From positions 1,356,101 to 1,380,100 of the forward strand of contig NZ_CP133656.1 in NCBI RefSeq assembly GCF_036885195.1: 24,000 nucleotides of DNA, written 5' to 3'. This document shows, in pieces, positions 14,783-23,058 of the stretch (positions are counted from its first letter, which is position 1; every line of letters starts with the position of its first letter). The notes below the pieces were generated by a model that worked only from the letters and a program-made list of their open reading frames with translations, did not search any database and was not told the DNA's origin. Made by a program: the position numbers and the translations under genes. Source of the stretch: Pectobacterium cacticida. Lineage in GTDB: Bacteria; Pseudomonadota; Gammaproteobacteria; Enterobacterales; Enterobacteriaceae.

Positions 14783-16920
14783 CTAAGAACAGAAACATAA
14801 AACTAAGCTGTCTGTCGTTGGCGATTGGCGGCATCTTAAGTGCGCAGGCACTGGCGGCGGAAACCGCAAACCTCCGTAATGCGACTAACCCGAACCTGCG
14901 TTTTCAGCCAGCCGGCGTGTCGCAGTATGATTTTGGTGGTACGGGGCTGTTGCAAATGCCGACGGCGCGTATGGCGGAAACGGGCGAATTTAGCCTGAAC
15001 TACCGCGATAACGAGGAATATCGGCGCTATTCGGTGTCGCTCCAGCTTTTTGACTGGCTGGAAACCACAGTGCGTTATACCGATATTCGTACTCGTCCTT
15101 ATAGCAATAATCCTGCCTTTAGTGGTAATCAAAGTTATAAAGATAAATCGTTCGATCTTAAAGCTCGTCTGTGGCAGGAAAGCCAGTGGCTGCCGGATGT
15201 CTCCTTAGGTTTTCGTGACATCGCCGGGACCGGATTATTCGACAGCGAGTATCTGGTTGCCAGCAAGCGCTTTGGCCCGTTGGATTTCACGCTGGGGATG
15301 GGCTGGGGCAATATGGCCGAGAGCGGCAATATTAAGAACCCGGCCTGCTCCCTGAAGGCCAGTTTTTGCCAGCGTGGTGAAGATTATTCAGGCAAAGGCG
15401 GACAGTTCGAAGTGGGGAACTTCTTCCATGGCCCGGCGGCGCTGTTCGGCGGGATTGAATACCAGACCCCGTGGGACGCGCTGCGCCTGAAGCTCGAATA
15501 TGACGGCAACGATTACAGCGCTGAACGAACTTCGCGCGATGGTCGGCCACAACAGTTACCGCATGATTCTCCCTTCAACGTCGGCGCGGTGTACCGGGTT
15601 GGCGATATCCTTGACACCACGTTGTCCTGGCAGCGCGGCAATACCCTGATGTGGGGGTTTACCCTGCGTACCAACTTTAACAGCCTGAAACCTAACTATT
15701 TGAATGATGCGCCGCCCGTTTATGCGCCCGTGCAAGATGGTAAGGGGACTAACTGGCAGCTTGTAGCAAAAGATCTGAATGATAAGGCGGGCTTTAAGGA
15801 TGCCGATATCTACGCGGATCGGCAACAGGTCACTGTTGTCGCCGATCAGACCAAATACCGGGACGGCGAGCAGGCGGCACAGCGCGCCGCGACGGTTTTG
15901 GCAAACCATGTGCCGGACAGCATTGATGAATACCATATTATGCAGCGTAGCCAGCGTTTGCCGATAGCGAGTACGGCCGTTGATGCCAACGCATTTCGCC
16001 AGGTGGAACAGGCCGCCGTTCCGCTGGGTCAGCCTCTCCCGACCTCGCTGCGTCAAGAGCCGGTCGCGGATATTCGCGGCCAGCAGGTGTTGCGCACGGA
16101 TCCCGATCGTCTCTCTTATTCGTTCGAGCCGACACTCACGCAGTCGTTCGGCGGCCCGGAATCTTTCTACATGTACCAGATCGCGCTGAAAGGAAATGCC
16201 GACTATCGCCTGAGTGACCACTGGAGTCTGGGCGGCACCGCGACGCTGAACCTGCTGGATAACTACGATAAGTTCAACTACAAGACGCCACCGGCGGATG
16301 GTGCCGCGTTGCCGCGTGTCAGAACCTGGGTGCGCGAATATGTGACCTCGTCAGATCTTTTGTTGACCAATTTGCAATTGACCCGTCGCGATAACCCGGC
16401 GCAGGACTGGTATACCCAGGTTTACGGCGGCTATCTGGAAATGATGTACGCGGGTGTCGGGTCGGAAGTGCTGTATCGTCCGTTCGGTAAAAGCTGGGCG
16501 CTGGGGCTGGATGTTAACTATGTCAAACAGCGTGACTGGAATGACACCCTGCGCATGGCCGATTACGATGTGGTGACCGGGCATCTCACCGCCTACTGGG
16601 AACTGCCGTTTGTCGACGGGGCGATGGCGAAAGTGAGCGTAGGGCGCTATCTCGCGGGGGATAAGGGCGTCACCCTCGATTTATCGCGTCGCTTTGACAG
16701 CGGCATTATTGCCGGCGCTTTTGCCACCAAAACCGACGTTAGCGCCGATGAATATGGCGAGGGCAGCTTTACCAAAGGCTTCTATATCTCCATACCGTTT
16801 GACCTGCTGTTCACGGAACCGACGGTGAAACGCGGGGCCGTGGGTTGGGTGCCGCTGACGCGTGATGGTGGGCAGATGCTACAGCGTCGCAACCCGTTGT
16901 ATGGTGTGACCGATCACTAA
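14779..16920 (+). CDS. yjbH: YjbH-family outer-membrane beta-barrel protein (GfcD-like)
   Basis: A 713-aa protein with a signal peptide ending AQALAAE. It has the Tyr/Gly/Asp-rich composition of a beta-barrel. Its start overlaps the yjbG stop in an ATGA, and its position in the operon fits. Confidence 0.85.
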   Translation: MTKNRNIKLSCLSLAIGGILSAQALAAETANLRNATNPNLRFQPAGVSQYDFGGTGLLQMPTARMAETGEFSLNYRDNEEYRRYSVSLQLFDWLETTVRYTDIRTRPYSNNPAFSGNQSYKDKSFDLKARLWQESQWLPDVSLGFRDIAGTGLFDSEYLVASKRFGPLDFTLGMGWGNMAESGNIKNPACSLKASFCQRGEDYSGKGGQFEVGNFFHGPAALFGGIEYQTPWDALRLKLEYDGNDYSAERTSRDGRPQQLPHDSPFNVGAVYRVGDILDTTLSWQRGNTLMWGFTLRTNFNSLKPNYLNDAPPVYAPVQDGKGTNWQLVAKDLNDKAGFKDADIYADRQQVTVVADQTKYRDGEQAAQRAATVLANHVPDSIDEYHIMQRSQRLPIASTAVDANAFRQVEQAAVPLGQPLPTSLRQEPVADIRGQQVLRTDPDRLSYSFEPTLTQSFGGPESFYMYQIALKGNADYRLSDHWSLGGTATLNLLDNYDKFNYKTPPADGAALPRVRTWVREYVTSSDLLLTNLQLTRRDNPAQDWYTQVYGGYLEMMYAGVGSEVLYRPFGKSWALGLDVNYVKQRDWNDTLRMADYDVVTGHLTAYWELPFVDGAMAKVSVGRYLAGDKGVTLDLSRRFDSGIIAGAFATKTDVSADEYGEGSFTKGFYISIPFDLLFTEPTVKRGAVGWVPLTRDGGQMLQRRNPLYGVTDH

Positions 16921-16948
16921 GCGCCCTGACGGTTTTAGCAACGCATTT

Positions 16949-16979
16949 AGCCCGTCATGGTCGCCCGTCATGACGGGCT
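16949..16979 (+). terminator. Hairpin after yjbH (AGCCCGTCATG-9 nt-CATGACGGGCT); weak U tail
   Basis: An 11-bp perfect stem 29 nt after the yjbH stop. The following sequence, TCTAGC, is not U-rich, so terminator function is uncertain. Confidence 0.4.
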
Positions 16980-17063
16980 TCTAGCGCTATCGCTAATGGG
17001 CAGGGGATGTGCATTTCTGTGACACGGGATAAGTACACGCCATCGCCAACTGAGGTGATGATC

Positions 17064-17079
17064 GGTGATGTTCATCACA
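17064..17079. promoter_or_regulatory. Candidate CRP (cAMP receptor protein) binding site
   Basis: GGTGATgttcATCACA compared with the consensus TGTGATctagATCACA has one mismatch in the conserved half-sites. It is embedded in the longer palindrome GATCgGTGAT-gttc-ATCACaGATC (17060-17083). Confidence 0.55.
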
Positions 17080-17096
17080 GATCGTTGGTTCCTGGT

Positions 17097-17125
17097 TTGA
17101 GTCTGGCGCGTTTAACGGATATAAC
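17097..17125 (+). promoter_or_regulatory. Candidate sigma70 promoter TTGAGT-N17-TATAAC
   Basis: Hexamers lie at 17097-17102 and 17120-17125. The predicted TSS near 17132 puts the CRP site centre (17071.5) at about -60.5/-61.5, which is class I spacing. Confidence 0.4.
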
Positions 17126-17163
17126 CCAATAAGCAGGACGTCATCGGGCTAAACTCCGAGCGA

Positions 17164-17214
17164 AACCTGATACGGTGCATGCTTTCCAGACATGTTCGTA
17201 TCAGGTTTTTTTTT
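17164..17214 (+). terminator. Strong rho-independent terminator (leader attenuator or sRNA 3' end)
   Basis: AACCTGATACG ... CGTATCAGGTT forms an 11-bp perfect stem with extra CATG/CATG pairing in the loop, followed by a T9 run. It lies 160 nt upstream of the antiterminator gene. Confidence 0.8.
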
Positions 17215-17375
17215 GGCCGTTATCCAGCTTACCGCTATGTTGATCTCAGTGAACATCGTGAGTAGGTTGATTGAAAGGCAAGTGAGAAAAGAGGCGTCTC
17301 CCCGGTACTGCATTGAGGCGTTAGGCGGACAGGAAGACCAATATGGTTTTCCTATCAGACAGAGCAGCTGATGCG

Positions 17376-18255
17376 ATGATAGTTAAAAAAATATTGAGCA
17401 ATAATGCCGTGCTTATGCAGGCGGATGACCAACGGGAAATCGTGGCGATAGGGAAGGGCGTTGGCTTTGGTAAAAAAGTCGGTGATGTCGTCGATCCGCA
17501 ACGTATTGAAAGCCAGTTTGTAAAGAAGAGCGACGGTATCGCGGATGTATTGTCACAGTTATTGGCGGATATTCCCGCTGACTGTCTTGCCGTGACGCAG
17601 CAAATTATTACTCTGGCGCAAAAAACATTGCGGCTTGATGTTCAGGATACGCTGTTTCTGGCCTTGAGCGACCATATTAACTTTGCGATTCAGCGCTATA
17701 AAAAAGGGCAAGCGATCAAAAACCTGATGCTATGGGATATTCGCCAATTCTATAGCGCCGAATTTACCGTTGGGCTGGAGGCGTTAGCATTGATCCGCAT
17801 GAGGTTAGAGATTGATTTACCGGAGGACGAAGCGGGGTTTATCGCGTTGCATCTGGCGAATGCGGCGAATAACAGCGATATGCAGAGTACGATGCAAAGC
17901 GCGGGAATCATTAAAGATATCTTAACCATTCTGAAGTACGATCTTCACCTCACATTTGATGAGCAGTCCCTCAATTATCAGCGTTTAATTACGCATCTGA
18001 AATTTTTTGCCCTACGGTTATTAAATCGGGAAACGGTGAACCACGGTGATGATTCAATTTATCAAGGGATTACGGAGCTGATGCCGCGAGCCTACGCCTG
18101 TGCAATGAAGGTGTATGATTACGTGGAAAAAAAACTATCATTGCCAGCTGACTACCGATGAGATCATGTTTCTGACTATTCATATCAACCGATTACATTC
18201 CTCTTCCTCGCAGGACATGAGGCATGATGGCGCAGACACGGGCGTTCGCAGGTAG
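17376..18255 (+). pseudogene. BglG/LicT/SacY-family PRD-containing transcription antiterminator, frameshifted in an A8 run (18127-18134)
   Basis: The N-terminal CAT domain reads MIVKKILSNNAVLMQADDQREIVAIGKGVGFGKK. Counting from this Met, His residues fall at 100, 159 and 207, the LicT PRD positions. The current frame stops at 18161. Removing one A gives ...VEKNYHCQLTTDEIMFLTIHINRL..., which places a His at 269 and ends at the TAG at 18253-18255. Confidence 0.8.
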
Positions 18256-18421
18256 GTAATACCACCGGCCTGTTTCGAGTCGGTTCCACATGAGTGACGT
18301 CCTCAGAGCGATGTAATGCCCGATCGCATTGTTAGGCTAAAATAAATTAATAATGACTTACTGCGACTGGCCCATTTTCAGCCATAATATGCATTTTTAG
18401 CGCTATGAGGTAGTGAACCTT

Positions 18422-19495
18422 ATGGGGGCCGTTATACCCACCCCTCCACCGACATGTTTGGCGGGAGATGTGCGTCGCTCTGGGCTGCGTTTTTCTCAAC
18501 GAGTCTATATTCCGCGTATAGTAGGCACGTTATTATGTGCTCTGTTTATTACCTCCGTACTTATTGTCAAACCTACGCCGCTGCCGGTGTGGGGATTACT
18601 CCTGTTGAATGCTTTTGCCTGGCCGCATATCGCCTATCGGTTGTCGCAACGGTCATCCGAACCGATGCGGTGTGAAAAACGCAATTTATTAGCGGATGTT
18701 GTGTTTGGCGGGATCTGGATGGGCGCGATGGGGATGAACGTTTTACCCAGCGCGCTGATTGCTGCGATGGTGGGGATGAACAGCGTCGCAAGTGGCGGAA
18801 TAAAACTGTTGGTGCAGGGGATCTTATTACAGAGCCTGGCCTGTATCGTGGTGCTCGTGCTGTTTGCCGTGCCTATTTCGTGGGTCACAACGCCGAGGCA
18901 ACTTTACGCCTGCTTGCCGATGCTGCTGATTTACCCGATTTTCCTCGGCTACGTGACTTATACCACCGCGCTGAAACTGGCTGAACACAAGCGTTTGCTG
19001 ATCGAGATCAGCACCCATGACGGTATGACGAACCTCTATAATCGCCATCATTGGGAGCGCCTGCTAAAGCATGAATACGACGTGTGTCGGCGTTATCAGC
19101 AAACAGCGACGTTGGTGCTGTTTGATATCGACCATTTTAAATCCTTTAACGATAATTTTGGACATGGCGTCGGCGATCAGGCCATCGTGCTGCTGGCGCG
19201 CGAGTTGGTGGCAGGCTTTCGGGAAACGGATGTCATCGGGCGGTTTGGCGGGGATGAATTTGGCGTTATTTTACCGAAAACCGGCGCGAAGGAGGCGTTA
19301 GAGGCCGTGAATCGTATTCGGGAACGTTTATCGCTGAAACTCCTCCATCAGACGCCACAGTTAGCGGTTTTTATTAGCGCGGGCATCGCAGAGGTTTCGT
19401 CGCAAATGGGACAATATACGGATTGGTTAAAGGCGGCGGATGTCGCACTCTACCGTGCGAAAAATAAGGGTCGTCGCCGTACCGAAATTGCCTGA
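18422..19495 (+). CDS. dgcC: Diguanylate cyclase, MASE2 membrane domain + GGDEF (AdrA/DgcC ortholog-like)
   Basis: Collinear by eye with E. coli AdrA: RSGLRF..R...PR.VG, WPH.A, VLPS, TKLAEHKR, THDGMTNLYNRHHWE, RFGGDEFGVI. An RETD I-site lies 5 residues before GGDEF. ATG 18422 has a GAGG SD 11 nt upstream; the GTG at 18413 is the alternative start. Confidence 0.85.
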   Translation: MGAVIPTPPPTCLAGDVRRSGLRFSQRVYIPRIVGTLLCALFITSVLIVKPTPLPVWGLLLLNAFAWPHIAYRLSQRSSEPMRCEKRNLLADVVFGGIWMGAMGMNVLPSALIAAMVGMNSVASGGIKLLVQGILLQSLACIVVLVLFAVPISWVTTPRQLYACLPMLLIYPIFLGYVTYTTALKLAEHKRLLIEISTHDGMTNLYNRHHWERLLKHEYDVCRRYQQTATLVLFDIDHFKSFNDNFGHGVGDQAIVLLARELVAGFRETDVIGRFGGDEFGVILPKTGAKEALEAVNRIRERLSLKLLHQTPQLAVFISAGIAEVSSQMGQYTDWLKAADVALYRAKNKGRRRTEIA

Positions 19496-19676
19496 CAACG
19501 TTGAGCGCCTCAATGGTAAACCCTGTTCGGACGAGAATATTAATCACCCTGGTGCTTCACGCTATTTATCCGGCGGTAAAATCCCAGCATCCATAATGGA
19601 TGCCGCGCGAAGAATACTGACAAACGCTGAACATTGAACTATTTTCATAAGTGATCATCACGTTACGGAGGTTGAT

Positions 19677-19844
19677 ATGGGGTTCTGGCGTATTGTACTG
19701 ACGATTATTTTGCCGCCGTTAGGCGTGTTACTGGGTAAAGGCATCGGTGGGGCATTTATTCTGAATATTATTCTCACGCTGTTAGGGTATTTCCCCGGTT
19801 TGGTGCATGCGTTCTGGGTGCAGACAAAAGACGATGGCATTTAA
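19677..19844 (+). CDS. yqaE: YqaE/Pmp3-family small hydrophobic membrane protein (55 aa)
   Basis: It is not in the ORF track because it is shorter than 60 aa. The translation MGFWRIVLTIILPPLGVLLGKGIGGAFILNIILTLLGYFPGLVHAFWVQTKDDGI is near-identical to E. coli YqaE as I remember it. A GGAGG SD lies 6 nt before the ATG. The track ORF 19658-19840 (-) is its antisense artefact. Confidence 0.9.
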   Translation: MGFWRIVLTIILPPLGVLLGKGIGGAFILNIILTLLGYFPGLVHAFWVQTKDDGI

Positions 19845-19893
19845 GCGCCAATAATAAAGTCGACGCAATAATGAGTGATGGGGGGCGTCCGGG

Positions 19894-21372
19894 TTACTTT
19901 TCGGCAACGACCACCTGATTGCGTCCGTGCTGCTTAGCCTGATAAAGCGCGATATCGGCGCGATTAATCAGCGTATTGAGCGTTTCCCCTGCCCGATATT
20001 CAGCGACGCCGCAACTCACCGTTATCTGAATAGCCTTTCCGCGGTGGGGTAGTGAGGTGATTTCAATACGCTGACGCAGGGCTTCGGCACGTTGGTATGC
20101 GGCGTTGATGTCGCAATTATCGAGCAAAATAACGAATTCCTCTCCGCCCCATCGACACGAATAATCGCTGGATCGGGTTTGTGTTGGTAGCACGGCAGAT
20201 ACGGCTTTTAATACATTATCGCCAACGTTATGGCCGTACTGGTCATTGATGTCTTTAAAGTGATCAATATCCATAAGAATCAGGGAGAGCGTTTTGTCCT
20301 GGAGCGCTTTTTTCATACTGACGCGACGGAAGAGATAATCAAACGCCTGGCGGTTCATCAGGCCGGTGAGTTTATCGGTAGTGGCCATGTGCTCCAGACG
20401 GCGTTGATACCCGCCTATCGTCAGCCACAGCAGTAACAGAAAGAGGACGCTCACCAAGGAACTGATGCCCAGATTGTTAAGCAGTGTGGTAAATAGCCGC
20501 TTTTCACTCGGGTGGCTGGTTTGTTCAACCATCAAATACCAGCCGAATTCAGGGATTAAACGAGTATTAAGGAAGATCGGCTCCCCGTTTGACTGATATT
20601 CATAAGCCCCGCCGGGAGAGGTCAGAATCATGGTGGCGATGCGTTTCAACCCTTGTTGTTGCTGAATGTGTAATGGCCGACGATAGCCTTCCCCATGCAA
20701 CGTAATATTGCCTTCTTTATCCACAAAATAGATGGTTCGGTTATAGCGTTTCTCATATTTCTCAATGAGATGCTTAACGCGCTCAACCGGAATGCCTACG
20801 CCCGTCATGCCAATAAAATTGTCGTCATAATCCCTGACGATATGGTTAATAAAAATATCCAGACGCGAGCGTACTTCAGGATCGACGCGAAGATCGACAA
20901 TATAGGGCGTGCTATTCGCGAGCGCTTTGTGCTGAAAATACCATTGATCGTCGGGCGAATCTGGCGAAATGGTTTTCAAAATGCGCAGTTGATCGTAATA
21001 AAAACCCGTTTTGTCCGAGATGAAAAAAGAAAATACGGTATTAAAACGACGATCGATCTCTTTTAAATAGCGAAACATCGCTTGTGGATCGCGTTCGTTG
21101 TCCAGCACCCAATCGCGTAAAAAGGTATCGTGCGCCATTAACGATGAAATAAAGATGGGTTTTAATAAATCTTGCTGGATTTCGGAATAAACGTTGTCGC
21201 TGGTGAGCGGTAGGGTATTTTCTGCGATTTCATCTTCCAGTGATTCTTTAGCCACCTGGTAACTGGTCCAACTGATCGCCAGAAAGGCCGCGAGTAACAG
21301 GATTCCAAGTACGACGGTTGCGCGGGTTTTGTCTAACCAACGTGAATTATTCGTGAACCCAGTGTGCAACAT
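19894..21372 (-). CDS. Sensor diguanylate cyclase: TM - periplasmic Cache-like domain - TM - GGDEF (GGEEF active site, RSSD I-site)
   Basis: Two hydrophobic segments (VVLGILLLAAFLAISW and LVSVLFLLLLWLTIGG) flank a ~260-aa domain. The C-terminal part reads TDKLTGLMNR...DIDHFKDINDQYGH..GD...RWGGEEF...ALYQAKQHGRN. Confidence 0.85.
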   Translation of the reverse strand: MLHTGFTNNSRWLDKTRATVVLGILLLAAFLAISWTSYQVAKESLEDEIAENTLPLTSDNVYSEIQQDLLKPIFISSLMAHDTFLRDWVLDNERDPQAMFRYLKEIDRRFNTVFSFFISDKTGFYYDQLRILKTISPDSPDDQWYFQHKALANSTPYIVDLRVDPEVRSRLDIFINHIVRDYDDNFIGMTGVGIPVERVKHLIEKYEKRYNRTIYFVDKEGNITLHGEGYRRPLHIQQQQGLKRIATMILTSPGGAYEYQSNGEPIFLNTRLIPEFGWYLMVEQTSHPSEKRLFTTLLNNLGISSLVSVLFLLLLWLTIGGYQRRLEHMATTDKLTGLMNRQAFDYLFRRVSMKKALQDKTLSLILMDIDHFKDINDQYGHNVGDNVLKAVSAVLPTQTRSSDYSCRWGGEEFVILLDNCDINAAYQRAEALRQRIEITSLPHRGKAIQITVSCGVAEYRAGETLNTLINRADIALYQAKQHGRNQVVVAEK

Positions 21373-21551
21373 AATTTCCCCAGAAAACCAGTAATAAGCG
21401 CGGTGAATAACGATAATTATGTATTTTTAAATGGAACTATTTTCACCTGAAAAAAGTGGTGCGGTATTTTACTGTAACGCGGCGAGAGTACAAGCTAGCG
21501 AAACGCGTTAACATATTTGTTAAAATATTGTGGTTCTGGCGATGCGAATAT

Positions 21552-21580
21552 AAACAGAACACCCTGCGGTGCCCTGTTTT
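21552..21580 (-). terminator. Hairpin downstream of the nitroreductase gene (possible bidirectional terminator)
   Basis: ACAG-aa-CACC ctgc GGTG-cc-CTGT is flanked by A3 and T4, about 20 nt after the minus-strand stop at 21600. The minus-strand tail is UUUAUAUU. Confidence 0.45.
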
Positions 21581-21599
21581 TAACGCCTGGAGCGGTAGA

Positions 21600-22199
21600 T
21601 TATTTAAAGACGCGGAAACGCTCGTCAAAAGCAATGTAGCTTTTCTCGCCGGCCGGTTGCTCAATGGAGCCAAAGGGCAGTTGCGCGCGCAATTTCCAGC
21701 TGGCGGGGAGATCCCATTGCGCTTTAACATCTTCATCGATCAGCGGATTGTAGTGCTGAAGTGACGCGCCAATTTTTTCCTGTGCCAGCGCGGACCAGAC
21801 GGCAAATTGGGCAATGCCGCTTGATTGTTCTGACCAGATAGGGAAATTGTCAGCATAAAGCGCGAATTTTTCCTGTAGCCCTTCGATGACCTTGGTGTCT
21901 TCAAAGAACAGCACCGTCCCTGCGCCAGCTGCAAAAGAGGCCAGTTTATTTTCTGTCGCAGCGAACGCGTCTGCAGGCACGATCTTCTGCAACTGCTGTT
22001 TCACAATATCCCACAGTTTGTGGTGCTGTGCGCCGAACAGAATAACCGCACGGGAACTTTGCGAATTAAAAGAGGAGGGGCTTTCATTCACGGCTTCGGT
22101 AACGATGGCTATTACCCGATCTTCGGATACCGGCAGCGTATTGCCGATGGCATAAATAGAACGACGGGCCTTGATGGACTGCAAAAAAGCATTACTCAT
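21600..22199 (-). CDS. Nitroreductase-family (NAD(P)H-flavin oxidoreductase-like) protein
   Basis: MSNAFLQSIKARRSIYAIG...SPSSFNSQSSRAVILFG is the typical nitroreductase-fold N-terminal motif. A GAGGAA SD lies 6 nt before ATG 22199; the upstream ATG at 22220 has no SD. Confidence 0.8.
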   Translation of the reverse strand: MSNAFLQSIKARRSIYAIGNTLPVSEDRVIAIVTEAVNESPSSFNSQSSRAVILFGAQHHKLWDIVKQQLQKIVPADAFAATENKLASFAAGAGTVLFFEDTKVIEGLQEKFALYADNFPIWSEQSSGIAQFAVWSALAQEKIGASLQHYNPLIDEDVKAQWDLPASWKLRAQLPFGSIEQPAGEKSYIAFDERFRVFK

Positions 22200-22303
22200 G
22201 GTGTGTTCCTCGGTTGACATGATACTTACCGTATTACTGTGTCACTGATTTTTTCCGCATTCAATCGCTTATCGTGGCGGAAGTGGATCTTAAGATGCCC
22301 GCT

Positions 22304-23056
22304 TTATCCGCCACAGACGTCACAGTGCGGATTTTTCGGGAGTGTGATGGCGCGAAATTGGAGTGTCATCGCATCAAAGAGCAGTACGCGCCCGGTGATC
22401 ACCTTGCCATACCCCGTCAGCAACTTAATGGCTTCCAGGGCTTGTAGGCTCCCGATCGTTCCCACCAGCGGCGACATCACCCCTGCTTCCACGCAGGTTA
22501 GGGCATTATCCCCGAACAGGCGGCTCAGGCAATGATAGCAGGGTTCATCGGGTTGGTAGGTGAACACACACAGTTGGCCTTCCATGCGAATGGCCGCACC
22601 GGAAATCAGCGGTTTTTGGCGCTGAAAGCCAATGCGGTTGAGGCGATTGCGGATGGCGACGTTATCGGTGCAGTCCAGTACGGCGTCGTGCCTGCTGACC
22701 AATTCGCTGAGCGTGTCGTCATCCACATCGTCATTCACCGTATCTAGCGTAAGGTGTGGATTCATTTCGGCTAGCGTCAGGCGCGCCGATTCTACCTTCG
22801 CCATTCCGATGCGACTATCGCGGTGCAGAACCTGACGTTGCAGGTTAGAGCGCGAGACAGTATCAAAATCCAGCAGCGTCAGATGGCCGACGCCAGCCGC
22901 TGCCAGATACTGCGCGGCGGCACAGCCTAATCCCCCCAGCCCGACAATCAGCAGACGCGACGCTTTCAGCCTTTCCTGTCCGTCAAAATCAAAGCCGCGT
23001 AGCACAATCTGTCGATTGTAGCGCAGCATTTCTTCATCACTCAGTTCCGGCAGCAT
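22304..23056 (-). CDS. moeB: Molybdopterin-synthase adenylyltransferase
   Basis: MLPELSDEEMLRYNRQIVLRGFDFDGQE...GLGGLGCAA...CYHCL...NPHCDVCG is collinear with E. coli MoeB. The start at 23056 lies 2 nt after the moeA stop. Confidence 0.93.
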   Translation of the reverse strand: MLPELSDEEMLRYNRQIVLRGFDFDGQERLKASRLLIVGLGGLGCAAAQYLAAAGVGHLTLLDFDTVSRSNLQRQVLHRDSRIGMAKVESARLTLAEMNPHLTLDTVNDDVDDDTLSELVSRHDAVLDCTDNVAIRNRLNRIGFQRQKPLISGAAIRMEGQLCVFTYQPDEPCYHCLSRLFGDNALTCVEAGVMSPLVGTIGSLQALEAIKLLTGYGKVITGRVLLFDAMTLQFRAITLPKNPHCDVCGG

Positions 23057-23058
23057 AC

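Noticed and set aside
15556-16221. Long antisense ORFs in the track. Examples are 15556-16221 (-) inside yjbH, 10430-10909 and 10659-10961 (-) inside the M20-LuxR gene, 8236-8601 (+) inside the omptin gene, 20695-21066 (+) inside the Cache-GGDEF gene and 3325-3720 (-) inside rmlC.
   Set aside because: Each lies fully within a gene that has clear family motifs on the other strand or in another frame. Their products are Arg/Pro/low-complexity-rich with no recognisable motifs or SDs. They are typical shadow ORFs of coding DNA.
17007-17132. A 41-codon ORF (MCISVTRDKYTPSPTEVMIGDVHHRSLVPGLSLARLTDITQ) upstream of the antiterminator leader.
   Set aside because: It has no usable SD (AGGGG abuts the ATG). 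It also spans the predicted CRP site and promoter, so it would lie upstream of the likely transcription start.
19651-19661. Palindrome GTGAT-c-ATCAC just upstream of yqaE, resembling the half-sites of the CRP-like site at 17064-17079.
   Set aside because: The half-site spacing (1 nt rather than 4 between GTGAT and ATCAC) is incompatible with CRP/FNR-family binding. A short palindrome like this is likely chance.
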